The notes: generated from the sequence alone by a model not told the origin. DNA of 64,000 nucleotides from Dehalococcoidia bacterium (GCA_963663895.2 CAXXRD010000001.1:288001-352000); one strand, 5' to 3'; positions 8,699 to 20,369 are shown, counted from the stretch's first letter. Made by a program: numbers and translations.

Positions 8699-10161
8699 CA
8701 ACCGCCGGCGAGGCCAACGCGACGCACGCAGCCGTCCAGTCCGAGCTGCGACAGCGCCTAGCGCGCGTGTTAAACCCACGCTGCATCGCCGTTGTGGGCG
8801 ACAAACAGGTCCGAAACTACAGCTGGCTCAAGAGCCTCAAGCCTTTCACCGGTTCCCTCTACTCCGTCCAAGTCGACGAACGGGAGATCCCAGGCATCGA
8901 AGAACTCGGCGTCAAGAATTTTGGGGCCCTCGCGGACATCCCCGAGCCCATCGACTTCGTCGTCTGCGCCGCCCCTCGCGCGGTTGCTCCCCATATCGTC
9001 CGCGACTGCATCGCCGTCGGCGCGGGGGGAATCGCCCTCTTCACTTCGGGCTTCAGCGAACACGGCGATGAGCAGGGCAAGCAGCTCGAGCAAGAACTCA
9101 TCCAACTCGCCCGCGACGCCCGCCTCCCCCTCATCGGTCCCAACTGCATGGGCCTGCACATTCCCCGCCTTGGTGTTCGCTTCAGCACCGACCAGCCCGT
9201 CCATGCCGGCGGGGACATCGCCTTCATCTCCCAGAGCGGCACCCACGGCCTGAACTTCAGCCTGGGGGCAGCCCTCCACGGGTTGTATTGCAGCACGCTC
9301 GTCTCGTTCGGCAACGGCGCCGTCTTGGAAGCCGCCGATTACCTCGACTATTTCGCCGACGACGACACCACCGAGGTCATCGGCATGTACATTGAGGGCG
9401 TCCGCGACGGTCCCCGTTTCGCCCGCGTCCTCCGGGATGTCGCACGGCGCAAGCCCGTCGTCGTATGGAAGGGCGGTCAAACGGAAGTCGGGAAGCGGGC
9501 CACCCTCTCCCACACCGCCTCCCTCACGACCAACAGCCGCGTCTGGAACGCCCTCGTCAAACAGGCCGGCGCCATCCCGGTCGATAGCTTGGACGAAATG
9601 CTCGACGTCGTGAAGGCGCTGCGCCACCCGCACCCCACGACCGGCCGCAGCGTCGCCCTCGCCGCCATGACCGGTGGGCAGTCGGTCGTCATCGCCGACG
9701 ACTTCGCCAAGGCCGGCTTCGAAATCCCCATCTTCAGCGCCGCCTCCAGCGCCCGTCTCCGCGAGTTCGTCAACGTCATCGGCGGCTCGGCCGAGAACCC
9801 CCTCGATCTCGTGAACACCGTCCTTTACGACGCGACCGCCGTGCGCCGCGTTCTCGACATCCTCAACGAGGACCCCAAGATCGACGCCATCGCCTTTGAG
9901 GTGTCCGCCTACATCATGCACGGCCGCTGGGCCAAGGACCCTGCGCTGCTCGAAGCGCTCCTGGACACGGTGGCCGCCTTCAACCGAGCAAGCACGAAAA
10001 CCTTCGCCGTGATCATCTACCCCGGCCACGTCGAGGCGAAGGCCGCTGACGTGCGCGACGCCCTCCAACAGCGCGGCGTCGCGACCTACCCCACCTTTGC
10101 CCGCGCCGCCACGGCCTTGGCGAAAGCGATCGCCTTCCACGCGGCGCGAGCCGAGCCTTGA
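8695..10161 (+). CDS. ADP-forming acyl-CoA ligase, CoA-binding (alpha) subunit
   Basis: IGPNCMG, ISQSG, phospho-His motif SHTASL, NPLDL; 4-nt overlap with the upstream gene. Confidence 0.9.
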   Translation: MTTAGEANATHAAVQSELRQRLARVLNPRCIAVVGDKQVRNYSWLKSLKPFTGSLYSVQVDEREIPGIEELGVKNFGALADIPEPIDFVVCAAPRAVAPHIVRDCIAVGAGGIALFTSGFSEHGDEQGKQLEQELIQLARDARLPLIGPNCMGLHIPRLGVRFSTDQPVHAGGDIAFISQSGTHGLNFSLGAALHGLYCSTLVSFGNGAVLEAADYLDYFADDDTTEVIGMYIEGVRDGPRFARVLRDVARRKPVVVWKGGQTEVGKRATLSHTASLTTNSRVWNALVKQAGAIPVDSLDEMLDVVKALRHPHPTTGRSVALAAMTGGQSVVIADDFAKAGFEIPIFSAASSARLREFVNVIGGSAENPLDLVNTVLYDATAVRRVLDILNEDPKIDAIAFEVSAYIMHGRWAKDPALLEALLDTVAAFNRASTKTFAVIIYPGHVEAKAADVRDALQQRGVATYPTFARAATALAKAIAFHAARAEP

Positions 10162-10255
10162 GTCCCTGCTATCGTCGCGCGCCAGCGCGCGCACCGAATA
10201 TGGGACCCGAAACGAAGCCGCTCGGCGACCGGGATCGTGCGAAGAGGCGAACCGA

Positions 10256-11449
10256 ATGAGGAACCGCATCTACGTCGACCACGCAGCGACCACCGCCGTC
10301 CGCCCGCAAGTGGCTGCGGCCATGGCGCCCTTTGCCAGCGAGCGTTTCGGAAACCCCAGCAGCCTCCACGCGCTCGGACGCGCCGCCGCAACCGCCGTCG
10401 ACGACGCGCGCGCGGTGGCAGCCGCCGTGCTCAACGCCCGGCCCGGCGAGCTGATCTTCACCAGCGGCGGTTCGGAGTCCATCAACAGCGCTCTCAAGGG
10501 CGTGGCCTTCGCGCAGCGTCTGGCCGGAGCGGGGCACCGCATCGTCACCACGCCCATTGAGCATCACGCCGCCTTGCACACCTGCGATTATCTGGAGCGT
10601 TTCGGCTTCGAGATCGCCCACGTTCCCGTCGACGCCGAAGGCACGGTCAGCCCCGGCGCCGTCGTCCGCGCCATGGACCCGGACACCGCGCTCGTCAACG
10701 TCATGCTCGCCAACAACGAGGTAGGCACCCTGCAACCCATCGCCGAGATCGCCCAAGCCGTCCGCCAGCGAGGCGCCGCCTTGGACCGCCGCATTCCCCT
10801 TCACACCGACGCCGTCCAGGCGCCCGGCCAACTCCCACTCGACGTCCAGGCCCTGGATGTCGACTTGCTCAGCCTCTCCGCGCATAAGTTCGGCGGGCCC
10901 AAGGGCGCCGGTCTCCTCTACCTGCGGCGCGGCACCCCCTTCCTTCCGCAACAGACCGGCGGCGGGCAGGAGCGCAACCGCCGCGCCGGGACGGAGAACG
11001 TCGCGGGCATCGTGGGCCTGGGCGCCGCCCTCGACCTCGCGGAGACCGAACGCGCGGACTTCGTCCGCCACACCTCCGCCTTGCGCGATCGCCTGCTCCG
11101 TCGCGCCCTGGACGATATCCCCGGCGCCGTACGCAACGGCCCCGCCAGCGATCGCCTCCCGAACAACGCCAACATCCGCTTCGACGGCACCGACGGCCAA
11201 GCGCTGCTCGAAGCGCTCGACAGCGCCGGCATCGACGCCTCCAGCGGCAGCGCCTGCACCACCGCATCTTGGGAGCCCAGCCACGTCCTGCTCGCCATGG
11301 GCATCGACCAAGACCAAGCCGCCGGCAGCTTGCGCTGCTCCTTCGGCCTCACCAACACGCCGGCCGATGTCGACCGCATCTTCACCGAGTTGGCGCGCAT
11401 CGTGTCGGCGCTGCGCGCGGGCGCGCCCGCCACTCCCAGCACGGTTTAA
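10256..11449 (+). CDS. Cysteine desulfurase (IscS/NifS family)
   Basis: YVDHAATT, FTSGGSE, HTDAVQ, SAHKFGGPKG, SSGSAC. Confidence 0.93.
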   Translation: MRNRIYVDHAATTAVRPQVAAAMAPFASERFGNPSSLHALGRAAATAVDDARAVAAAVLNARPGELIFTSGGSESINSALKGVAFAQRLAGAGHRIVTTPIEHHAALHTCDYLERFGFEIAHVPVDAEGTVSPGAVVRAMDPDTALVNVMLANNEVGTLQPIAEIAQAVRQRGAALDRRIPLHTDAVQAPGQLPLDVQALDVDLLSLSAHKFGGPKGAGLLYLRRGTPFLPQQTGGGQERNRRAGTENVAGIVGLGAALDLAETERADFVRHTSALRDRLLRRALDDIPGAVRNGPASDRLPNNANIRFDGTDGQALLEALDSAGIDASSGSACTTASWEPSHVLLAMGIDQDQAAGSLRCSFGLTNTPADVDRIFTELARIVSALRAGAPATPSTV

Positions 11450-11592
11450 GCCACCGCCGCCGCCCTCGCGCCCAGCTCACCCAGCCGCCCAGACGGCGAC
11501 CGCGAGAGGCACACGCAACCGGCCCTGGCGCAGCGCAGCGAGAGCGGCGCGCGCCGCTGGCCGCGAGCCTATCCCTCACCTAGTCTCCCAAT

Positions 11593-12243
11593 ATGCCCAG
11601 GCGCCGCCTCGCCCGTCTGCTGCGCGTCCGCTCCCCGGCGCTGCCCGACGCTCGCATCGTCGTGGGTCTCGGCAATCCCGGCGTCACGTACGCCAGGCAT
11701 CGCCACAACGTGGGCGCTCGTGTCGTTGAGCGCTTGGCGGAGCGCCTGCGCCTGCCCCTAGAAGACAAGGCCAAACTCGTCTGGAGCGGACAAGGCCGAA
11801 CATCCTACGGCCCGGTCGTCCTCGCCGAGCCGCGCACCTACATGAATGAAAGCGGCCGCGCGGTCCAGGCGCTGCTCACCCGCCACCGCGCCGATCCCAG
11901 CGCCCTGATCCTCGTTTACGACGAAGTCGACTTGCCCAACGGCCGCGTCCGGATCCGCCCCGGCGGCGGCGACGGCGGCCAGAAGGGCATGCGCTCGATC
12001 GCCCAAGCGGTCGGCTCGCTGGATTTTCCCCGCGTTCGCATCGGCATCGGCCGCCCGTTCGTCCACGGTCAGCCGTCCTGGGACCCCGGCGCCGTCAGCG
12101 ACTACGTCCTCGCCGACCCCGGACTGGACCAAGCCGCCGCGCTCGCGCAGGCCGAAGCGAAAGCCGCCGAAGCGGTCATCGCCATCCTGCGGGATGGTGT
12201 CGAGACCGCCATGAACCGCTTCAACGCCGCCGTGGACGGCTAG
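11593..12243 (+). CDS. pth: Peptidyl-tRNA hydrolase
   Basis: VGLGNPG, RHNVG, TYMNESG, RVRIGIGRP; directly upstream of mfd. Confidence 0.93.
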   Translation: MPRRRLARLLRVRSPALPDARIVVGLGNPGVTYARHRHNVGARVVERLAERLRLPLEDKAKLVWSGQGRTSYGPVVLAEPRTYMNESGRAVQALLTRHRADPSALILVYDEVDLPNGRVRIRPGGGDGGQKGMRSIAQAVGSLDFPRVRIGIGRPFVHGQPSWDPGAVSDYVLADPGLDQAAALAQAEAKAAEAVIAILRDGVETAMNRFNAAVDG

Positions 12244-12365
12244 ACCGGAGAGCCCTTCCACCGCACGCGGCAGGAGCGCGGAAGGCCGCCGCATTCGAGC
12301 GGCCTACACTCAACCCATCAAAGCGCTACGGCGGAGGGGACCACGCGGCCGGTCTCCGCCAAGCC

Positions 12366-15300
12366 TTGACGAGGACGGCAGCACGGGTGAGCGCCAGCCC
12401 TGACTCGGTCCACATCAAATCCGCAGGCCTCTTATCGGCCTTGCTTCCCGATATCGAAGCGGCCGTGCGCGAGGCGATCGGCGGCGCGCCGACGCGGACC
12501 CGGCGAGCACCCCACACCCTCGGCCTGCCCGACGGCGCCAAAGCGGCCGTGGTCGCTGCCCTGCGGCGCTTGTACGACGGGCCGATCCTCCTGATCACCT
12601 CTAAACCCACCCTCGCGCAAGACTATCTGGAAGACCTCCGCGCTTGGCTGCCACCCCATCAGGACGACGCACTTCTGCTCTTCCCGCCCCGTGAGTCGCT
12701 CCCTTACGAGCGCACCTCGCGGGAAAGCGCCGCCAGTCATGCCCGCCTGCGCGTCCTCGCCGCTCTCGCAGCCCGCGGCAACCGCCCTTTCGTCGTCACG
12801 GACGTGCAAGCCTTAGCACAGCGCACGCGCGCCGCGACCGCCGGCGCCAAGGCGCACGCCGGACTCAGCCTCCCCCGGCTCCAGGTCGGCGGACGGCTCC
12901 CCCTCGACCCCTTTCTCGCCGCTCTCGACAGCGGCGGCTACCGATCCGCCACCGTGGTCGACGAGCCCGGCGCCTTTGCCCGCCGCGGCGGCATCGTCGA
13001 CGTCTTCCCCGCTACCGACGACGCCGCCCTCCGCATCGAACTCCTCGGTGACGAAATCGCAAGCCTGCGCCGCTTTGATCCCGCCACGCAGCGCTCCATC
13101 GCAACGCTGCGGGAAACCCCACTCGGCGTCGCGACCGAGGCCGAAGCGGGCGAGGACGCCATCGCACTGGCCTCCTCGCTTGATCTGGAAGGTCTCCGCG
13201 GCGAAGCCGCTACCGCCTTCGCCACCGACCTGGAGCAGATCACTCGCGTCTCTCTGCCCTCGCAACTCAGCTTCTGGACGCCTTTCATCGCGCGCGGCCT
13301 CCTTTGGGACCACCTGCCGCCGGAAACGCTCGTGATCTGGGATGAGCCGGACGAATCCCGCGCCCTCCTCGACGACATCGTTCAGGAAGACAAGCGCGTC
13401 CGCGACGATCTCGAGGCGGGCGGGCGGATCCCCGCACGTCTCCCTCTCCCCCACGCCGCCTTCTCCGCCGTCAGTAGTCCCGCCGATACCCATTCCCGCA
13501 TCAACCTCGCTCGCTTCGCCAGCGACGCACACAGCACTCACGTCACCCGCCTCCCTTTCCAGCCGGTGGAGGCCTACGGCGGCCGACTCCGCACCCTCAT
13601 CGAAGACCTCAGCCGACCGCGCACATCCCGGACGCGCACCGTTCTCATCACCCAGCAGGCACCCCGCCTCGTCTCGCTATTCGCCGAGCACAGCCTCGCA
13701 GTCGGCGTCACCCCAGACGGCACCGCTCTCACGGTGCTGCACGGCTCCGCGCCCCAAGGCTGGCGCCTCCAGCGCGACCAAGATCCCCTCACCCTGCTCA
13801 CCGACGCCGAGATTTTCGGCTTCGCCAAGCAGCGCCGTACGGTCGCCAAGCGGAGCCGCAAGCACGCCACCTTCCTCCAAGACCTGCAGCCGGGCGACCT
13901 CGTCGTGCATATCGAGCACGGCATCGGCCGCTTCGTAGGACTGACGCGCGAGCAGGTCGGCGACCGGCAGCGGGAGTATCTGCAACTCGCTTACGCCGAC
14001 AACGATCGTCTCCTCGTCCCCACGGACCAGCTCCATCGTCTTCAGCGCTACGTCGGCGCCAGCGACGCGCCCCCAACCCTGACCCGCCTCGGCAGCCAGC
14101 AGTGGGCGCGCGCCAAGCAGCGGGTCCGCGCCTCCGTCCGCGAGCTCGCGGAATCCCTCCTCAAACTTTACGCCGCGCGCGAGATCCTGCCGGGGGTCGC
14201 CATCCCGCCCGACGGTCCCTGGCATATGGAGCTGGAAGCCTCCTTCCCCTTCGTTGAAACGCCCGATCAAGCCGCCGCCGCCCAAGCCGTCCGCGCCGAC
14301 CAAGCCCGCCCCCGCCCCATGGACCGCATCATCATCGGCGACGTCGGCTACGGGAAGACCGAAATCGCCGTCCGCGCCGCCTTCCGGGTTGCCACCGCCG
14401 GGCAGCAGACGGCGATGCTGGTCCCCACCACCGTCCTCGCGCAGCAGCACGAAGAAACCTTCCGCGCCCGCCTCGCCCCCTTTCCCGTACGCGTCGAGGT
14501 CCTCTCCCGCTTTCGCTCCCCCGCCGCGCAACGCGCCATCCTCCAGGACCTCGCCGCCGGCCGCATCGACATCCTCATCGGCACCCACCGGCTCCTTCAG
14601 CGGGATGTGCAGTTCAAATCACTCGGCCTCGTCGTCATCGACGAAGAGCAGCGCTTCGGCGTCGCCCACAAGGAGCGTCTCAAGCAGCTCCGACGGGAGG
14701 TCGACGTCCTCACCCTCTCCGCCACCCCCATTCCCCGCACCCTCCACATGGCTCTGGCGGGCATTCGCGACGTTTCCACCATCGAGACGCCCCCGGAGGA
14801 GCGCCTCCCCATCGCCACCTACGTCATGGAGACCGACGACCAAACCGTGCGCGAGGCGATCATCCGCGAGCTCGAGCGCGGGGGGCAGCTCTACTTCGTG
14901 CACAACCGCGTCCTCTCCATCGAAACGGTCGCCCGCTGGCTGCGCGACCTCGTCCCAGAGGCCCGCATCGCCGTCGCCCACGGGCAGATGCCGGAGCGCG
15001 ACCTCGAACGCATCATGCTCGACTTCACCGCCGGCACGACCGACATCCTCGTCTGCACCACCATCATCGAGTCCGGCCTGGACATCCCCAACGTCAACAC
15101 GATCATCATCCACCAGGCCCACCGCCTCGGACTGGCGCAGCTCTATCAGCTCCGCGGGCGCGTCGGGCGCGGCGCCACGCAGGCCTACGCCTATCTCCTC
15201 TACGACCGCTACGCCGGCCTCACCGAGCCCGCCCAAAAGCGGCTCCAGGCGATCTTCGAAGCCACCGAACTCGGCGCCGGCTTCCAGATCGCCATGCGCG

Positions 15301-15938
15301 ACCTCGAGATCCGCGGGGCCGGCAGCCTGCTCGGCGCCGAGCAGAGCGGGCACATCGGCGCCGTCGGCTTCGAGCTCTACACGCAGCTGCTCGCCGAGGC
15401 CGTCGAGCAGCTGCGCGCCGCACAGGAAGGCCGTCCTCCCGCGCCGCCAGAGCGTGCCCCCGCCGTCGCCCTCGACCTCCCCATCGCCGCCCACATCCCC
15501 GAAAGCTACATCCCGGACACCAACCTGCGCCTGGCGGTCTACCAAGAGCTGGCGGCCGTCGCCCAGCTCTCGGCCGCGGACGACCTCGCCGCCGCCCTCG
15601 TCGACCGTTTCGGCCCCATCCCCCCTCCGTTGGAGACCCTCATCGCGGCCGTCCGCATCCGTACGCTCGCCGCCAACCTCGGCGCCACGTCACTCGCGCG
15701 CGAGGAAAACGCGTTCGTCCTGCGCCTGACCGCGGGCAGCCGACCGCCACCCCTGCCGCCGACGGCGCTGCCGCCCGGCGTCGCAATCGGCCGCACCCTG
15801 ATCCGGTTTCAGCCCCGCGCGCTCGGCGACGACTGGCTATCCGCCCTGGAGGCCGCGCTCCGCACCCTGCTGCGGCTCCATCCGGACGGAAGCACGCAGC
15901 CGGCCGCCTCGGTACCGTCACCTGCAGCGCACCCATAA
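12366..15938 (+). CDS. mfd: Transcription-repair coupling factor
   Basis: [50 protein letters not shown]; exact start uncertain. Confidence 0.96.
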   Translation: MTRTAARVSASPDSVHIKSAGLLSALLPDIEAAVREAIGGAPTRTRRAPHTLGLPDGAKAAVVAALRRLYDGPILLITSKPTLAQDYLEDLRAWLPPHQDDALLLFPPRESLPYERTSRESAASHARLRVLAALAARGNRPFVVTDVQALAQRTRAATAGAKAHAGLSLPRLQVGGRLPLDPFLAALDSGGYRSATVVDEPGAFARRGGIVDVFPATDDAALRIELLGDEIASLRRFDPATQRSIATLRETPLGVATEAEAGEDAIALASSLDLEGLRGEAATAFATDLEQITRVSLPSQLSFWTPFIARGLLWDHLPPETLVIWDEPDESRALLDDIVQEDKRVRDDLEAGGRIPARLPLPHAAFSAVSSPADTHSRINLARFASDAHSTHVTRLPFQPVEAYGGRLRTLIEDLSRPRTSRTRTVLITQQAPRLVSLFAEHSLAVGVTPDGTALTVLHGSAPQGWRLQRDQDPLTLLTDAEIFGFAKQRRTVAKRSRKHATFLQDLQPGDLVVHIEHGIGRFVGLTREQVGDRQREYLQLAYADNDRLLVPTDQLHRLQRYVGASDAPPTLTRLGSQQWARAKQRVRASVRELAESLLKLYAAREILPGVAIPPDGPWHMELEASFPFVETPDQAAAAQAVRADQARPRPMDRIIIGDVGYGKTEIAVRAAFRVATAGQQTAMLVPTTVLAQQHEETFRARLAPFPVRVEVLSRFRSPAAQRAILQDLAAGRIDILIGTHRLLQRDVQFKSLGLVVIDEEQRFGVAHKERLKQLRREVDVLTLSATPIPRTLHMALAGIRDVSTIETPPEERLPIATYVMETDDQTVREAIIRELERGGQLYFVHNRVLSIETVARWLRDLVPEARIAVAHGQMPERDLERIMLDFTAGTTDILVCTTIIESGLDIPNVNTIIIHQAHRLGLAQLYQLRGRVGRGATQAYAYLLYDRYAGLTEPAQKRLQAIFEATELGAGFQIAMRDLEIRGAGSLLGAEQSGHIGAVGFELYTQLLAEAVEQLRAAQEGRPPAPPERAPAVALDLPIAAHIPESYIPDTNLRLAVYQELAAVAQLSAADDLAAALVDRFGPIPPPLETLIAAVRIRTLAANLGATSLAREENAFVLRLTAGSRPPPLPPTALPPGVAIGRTLIRFQPRALGDDWLSALEAALRTLLRLHPDGSTQPAASVPSPAAHP

Positions 15939-15973
15939 GCGTCCGCGATCTACACTGCAACCGAGGAGCCCCC

Positions 15974-16294
15974 ATGAGCGACGACCCCTACAAGCAATCC
16001 GACGACTTCGAGGACCCCTTTCAGAACTCCGGCGCGAGCATGTGGAAAGACGCCGAGCGCGACGCCACCCGCATCGCGCGCGACGCGAACCGGGCCGAAC
16101 GCACCCAAGCCGCGCCCGGCGCAGAACAACCACCGCCCTCCATGGCCGCCCCTTCCCGCGCCGGTACTCCGGAGGGAGGTCCCATCCCAGATGCTCAATC
16201 GAGCGAGAAAGCCCGCCGCCGCAACCGCTCCTGGATCATCCCGCTCGTCATCTTCATCGTCATCATTCTGATCAACGTGATCCGCGACGGATAG
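15974..16294 (+). CDS. Hypothetical protein with C-terminal membrane anchor
   Basis: SD GAGGAG, upstream TACACT, C-terminal hydrophobic helix. Confidence 0.7.
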   Translation: MSDDPYKQSDDFEDPFQNSGASMWKDAERDATRIARDANRAERTQAAPGAEQPPPSMAAPSRAGTPEGGPIPDAQSSEKARRRNRSWIIPLVIFIVIILINVIRDG

Positions 16295-16340
16295 ACGAGC
16301 CGCCCTCGCCCGCCCCGGCCGCGGCACTAACGTGTCCGCC

Positions 16341-16349
16341 TGCTAGCAT
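16341..16349 (+). promoter_or_regulatory. Extended -10 element of the tRNA-Pro promoter
   Basis: TGCTAGCAT 16 nt before the tRNA. Confidence 0.5.
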
Positions 16350-16365
16350 CATTCCGACCGGCCGT

Positions 16366-16442
16366 CGGGGCGTGGCGCAGTCCGGTAGCGCACTTGACTG
16401 GGGGTCAAGAGGTCGCTGGTTCAAATCCAGTCGCCCCGACCA
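16366..16442 (+). tRNA. tRNA-Pro(GGG)
   Basis: CGGGGCG acceptor stem, anticodon arm CTTGA-CTGGGGG-TCAAG, T arm GGTTCAAATCC, encoded CCA. Confidence 0.97.
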
Positions 16443-16500
16443 CAATCTCTCTAGGATTTCAGGGGTTTCCGAACATAGCCCGATCGACGGTCCGGTCCAC

Positions 16501-16720
16501 GGGCCACTGACGGGCCAGTAAATCGCGCCCCTGTACGTGAAAACGTGCGATCGGGGATCCCGTACGGAACTTATTCCCCTGGCCGTGGCGTTAAGTTGGA
16601 CGAGACGGCCGAGAGGGGGCGTGATGCCGGTCCGGCGGGCACGGCGACCGTGGCACTTCTTGCTGATATCCAGTTTCGCGTTGCTGCTGGCCAGCAGCCT
16701 CGTGGCGTGTGGTGGGTCCT
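16501..16720 (+). repeat. Copy 1 of conserved leader plus signal-peptide segment (copy 2 at 18689-18908)
   Basis: GGGCCACTGACGGGCCA...ATGCCGGTCCGGC aligns collinearly with copy 2; motif-to-ATG distance is 123 nt in both. Confidence 0.8.
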
Positions 16721-18451
16721 CGGACAACGACACCCTGTCCCCGGTGCCAGGCGAGCCAGCTGTCGTGGCCGCGCTTTCACCGGAGGCCGAGGCTGCACAA
16801 ACCCCGGCAGCCATCCCCGAGCCGTCAGCCGAATCGGTGGAGCCGCCCGTGCCGGATCCACCCGCCGTGCCAACCGAACCATCCGCGTCAGACCCACCGA
16901 CACCGACCGCGGAGGCCATCTCCACAGAGACCGTTATTCCCTCCCATCCCGGCGTCGCGCTGATCGAAGCCGGCACCCGGTGCCTTCGAGCACCATACCT
17001 TTGCGGCGGGCGAACGTATTGACTGGACGCACGGCATCTTGGTCCTCGACCCCGAAACCGGACGCACCGAGGGCTACGCCGTCGCGGAGGCGATGCTGGA
17101 TGGCTACGACTGGTATTGGCTATGGCTAGATTCCGGGGGTTGGATCGTCGCGGATGGCAGCTCCCAGCAAAAATCGAGCTTCGTGCTCCACCGAGCAACG
17201 GGGCAATCGTGGAGCTGGCCGTCGAACGCCCTGCAGCTGGTGGCAGCATCACGCGAGCATCTCTTATTCGCGGAAATAACCCGTTCCGCTCCCCCCTTCA
17301 CCGGTCGCCTCACGATCACCAATCGCGCGATGAAAGAGGTGGGTCGCTTCTCCATCGCCTCTGGATGGGACCCACGTGCCGTCTTCTCGCCGGACGGACG
17401 CACCATCGCGCTCAGTGAGGGGAGGGGAGGGGAGGGAGGGAGTGTCTACCTCATCGCGGTGGAGTCGGCGCGTCCCACCGTCCTGCTTCAAGCCGGAGCC
17501 CATGATGGTCCGACGTCAGCGTGGATCGACCTGCGGTATGAGGGGCCCGGTTTCCTGGTGAGGGCGGAATACACGAAAGAATCCGACGAAACCCATCGGG
17601 AAGAGCACTACTTCCGTTGGGAGGACGGGTCGCTCTCTGATCCAACTCCCGTCTCCTGCGAGGGGCAGCCCTCTCCAGACGGTCGCTACGTGGCGCGGCC
17701 CGTCGGCGGCTACGTCTACGAAACGCACTCCGGCGTGCATGCCCGTGAAGACCCCTGGCCGTCGCTCGTCATCACCGAGGCGGCCACCTGTGCCCCACTC
17801 TTCCGCGTGCGATCGGCACAAACGTTCTCGCCTACGTGGCAGGCTGCTTGGCTGCCCAGCAGCGACGGATTCGTCATCCATATGCGTGACGGCGGCATGA
17901 TGGTGCGCGTCCGTCCCACACCTGATCTGGTCCGCTTGCCTGGGTCGGGTGAACCGGCGCCCACGGGGGACGGACGCTACTTTGGGTACGGCGCGCGAGT
18001 GTACGACGCCCTTGAGGACCGCTGGCTTGGCCCTGTCCTCTTCCGAGACGGTCCGGCCGGATGGGGAGATTCCCACCGCGAGCGCTGGTTCCAGATCCTC
18101 CCGTACGTGTGGGGGCCAGACGGCTGGCTCGAGTGGCTTCTCTTGCCGCCCAAGATCGAATTCCCCCCGTTCAGGAATGAGATCGCCTTTCGCGTGGCCG
18201 GGACCGGCAGCTGCCTCCGCCTCCGCGCGGCCCCGGGGGAGGAAAGTGAGACCCAGGACTGCCTTCCCGATGGCGCACGCCTCGTGCTGGCCGAACCGAA
18301 CGAGCCACCGCACGACCTCTGGCGCCCCCAACCCCATCCCGCGGTTGCCTGGACAGAACCGAGGTTCGTTCCACGATCCACGTGGGTGCATGTTCGAACG
18401 GAAGCCGGCGCCGAGGGCTGGGTCAGCCACGACTACCTGGAGCACGACTGA
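16624..18451 (+). pseudogene. Lipoprotein with Pro-rich linker, TolB/beta-propeller-like core and C-terminal SH3-like domain; +1 frameshift at ~16976-16978
   Basis: Lipobox LVAC; FSPDG/PSPDG repeats; CLRLRAAPG...WVHVRTEAGAEGWV; removing one C joins ORFs 16537..17022 and 17039..18451 (a sequencing error is not excluded). Confidence 0.75.
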
Positions 18452-18569
18452 GGGGCCATGTAGGCCCTCGCTTGCGAGCTAGCAGAACCCCCTTGATAGC
18501 GACGGCGTTACGCTTGACAGGACCATCGGGATTGTTCGCGGAGACATGCGGACCGCAGGAGTGCGCGAG

Positions 18570-18640
18570 GCCGTCGGCTCGACTGGAGCTACTGTTTCGT
18601 AAACAGCAGGTCGAGGGTTCGAATCCCTCAGCCGGCTTCA
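18570..18640 (+). pseudogene. Degenerate tRNA-Thr(CGT), att-like fragment
   Basis: Intact 3' half CTGT-TTCGTAA-ACAG CAGGTC GAGGGTTCGAATCCCTC AGCCGGCTTCA; 5' acceptor strand and D arm decayed. Confidence 0.8.
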
Positions 18641-18688
18641 CTCACCCAGATCAGATGCGACGTGACGGCGGTCTCGTGGCCTGCGCGC

Positions 18689-18908
18689 GGTCCACTGACG
18701 AGCCACGAAGTCACGCTCCCGCGCGTGGAGCGACTCGATCGTGGGCCCCATGCGGAACCCTTCTTGTAGCAGCGTCGTTAACCTGAATAAGACGGCCGGA
18801 AGGGGGACGCTATGCCGGTCCGGCAGCCACGCCGGTCGTGGCGCTTCATGCTGGTTCCCGGCCTTGCATTACTGCTGGCGAGTAGCCTCGTGGCGTGCGG
18901 CGGCTCCG
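18689..18908 (+). repeat. Copy 2 of conserved leader plus signal-peptide segment
   Basis: GGTCCACTGACGAGCCA...ATGCCGGTCCGGC, homologous to 16501-16720. Confidence 0.8.
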
Positions 18909-19219
18909 CGGGCGACGATCACCAACCAGCGGCCGCGGAGACTGAACCGCCGACAGCCTCAGCAGCCGAGCCGCCCACGCCCAAGCCAGCCCGTCCAGCG
19001 GCGGAGACCTCGCCTGCCGATCCCACCCCCACCGATGCGGATGCAACAATCATGACGCCGGACATGGAGTTGGGCACGGATGCTGTCGGCACGCTCGCAG
19101 CGGCGGGCACCAGTGCATGCTTGGGGACCGATAGGGGGATAATGGACGGCTACGCGGACATCGACAGCGAACCAACCTATATTGCACCGGGAGAGATATC
19201 CCATGCGACGGTGGCCTGA
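18812..19219 (+). pseudogene. N-terminal fragment of a paralog of the 16624 lipoprotein
   Basis: MPVRQPRRSWRF...LLLASSLVACGGS matches MPVRRARRPWHF...LLLASSLVACGGS; similarity ends near 19117. Confidence 0.75.
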
Positions 19220-20369
19220 GCGCATTCTTGTCTTCGGCTCGATGGTGGTCCTGACGCTGGCCGTGCTGGCCTGTGGAGGGGACGACGACGTCTTCAGGAT
19301 CGGGGTCATGGAATCGCTGACGGGCCCTGGCGAGACTTACGGCACGGTCGCGCATCAGGCCAAACAGATGGCCGCGGACGAGATCAACGCCGCGGGCGGC
19401 ATCAACGGGCGCAGGCTGGAGTTGGTCGTCGAGGACTCCCAATGCAACGCCCAAAGCGCGATCACCGCGTATAACAAGCTGACAGACGTGGAGGGCGTGA
19501 AGATCATCCTGGGAACGTCGTGCAGCGGCGCGATGCTCGGCGCCGCGCCGCTGGCAGAGGCCGACGGCGTGATCCTGTTCTCCGGACTGGCGAGCAGCCC
19601 CGACATCGCCAAGGCGGGTGACTACATCTTCCGCACCCAGATCAGCGACATCCACGTGGGCATCGCCACCGGTAATGTCCTCTGGGCCGACGGCATCCGC
19701 CAGCTGGCCACGATCACCGAGACGACCGACTACGCCGAGGGCGTCAGGCGCACCTCGGTCGCACAGTTCGAGAAGCGCGGAGGCACGGTGGTAGCCGCGG
19801 AGCGGTTCGGGTCCGAGAACATTGACTTCAGGAGCCAGCTCACGAAGCTGCTCGCCGCCGAGCCGGACGCACTGCACATCGCTCCCCAGTCCGAGTTCGC
19901 GGCGGGGACGATCGTCAAGCAGGCGCGGGAGCTAGGGTACCAGGGCCCGATCTACGCGGAGACGATATCCGTGGGCACGACCGCCCTCGATGTCGCGGGC
20001 CCGGCGGCGGACGGCATGAAGGCCATCACGGCCGACCTGGACCCCGCCAACGCGAAGGGGCAGGAGGTGCTGGCCAACTTCAGGAAGCGCTACGACTACG
20101 TCACGCTGCCGTGGCATCTGGGATCGGCGTACGACAACGTGTACATCGCGGCCGAGTGCCTCAAGCAGACCGGCGACGACCAGGACGCGGACGGCTTCCG
20201 GGACTGCATGTACGCCATCACCTGGAGCGGCGCGATCGGGGACCACTATCGCTTCGACTCCGACGGCGAGGTGGTGGGGCTGTCTCGGGTGGTCGTCGAG
20301 GTGCTGCCGGTCGCCGAGCGTACCGCGGAGCGAAAGTACAAGGTCCTCGGCCCCGCCCCCAAGCCGTAA
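19203..20369 (+). CDS. ABC transporter substrate-binding lipoprotein (branched-chain amino acid/LivJ family)
   Basis: Lipobox VLAC, SLTG, EINAAGGINGR.LELVVED, YIFRT, DFRSQLTK. Confidence 0.92.
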   Translation: MRRWPERILVFGSMVVLTLAVLACGGDDDVFRIGVMESLTGPGETYGTVAHQAKQMAADEINAAGGINGRRLELVVEDSQCNAQSAITAYNKLTDVEGVKIILGTSCSGAMLGAAPLAEADGVILFSGLASSPDIAKAGDYIFRTQISDIHVGIATGNVLWADGIRQLATITETTDYAEGVRRTSVAQFEKRGGTVVAAERFGSENIDFRSQLTKLLAAEPDALHIAPQSEFAAGTIVKQARELGYQGPIYAETISVGTTALDVAGPAADGMKAITADLDPANAKGQEVLANFRKRYDYVTLPWHLGSAYDNVYIAAECLKQTGDDQDADGFRDCMYAITWSGAIGDHYRFDSDGEVVGLSRVVVEVLPVAERTAERKYKVLGPAPKP

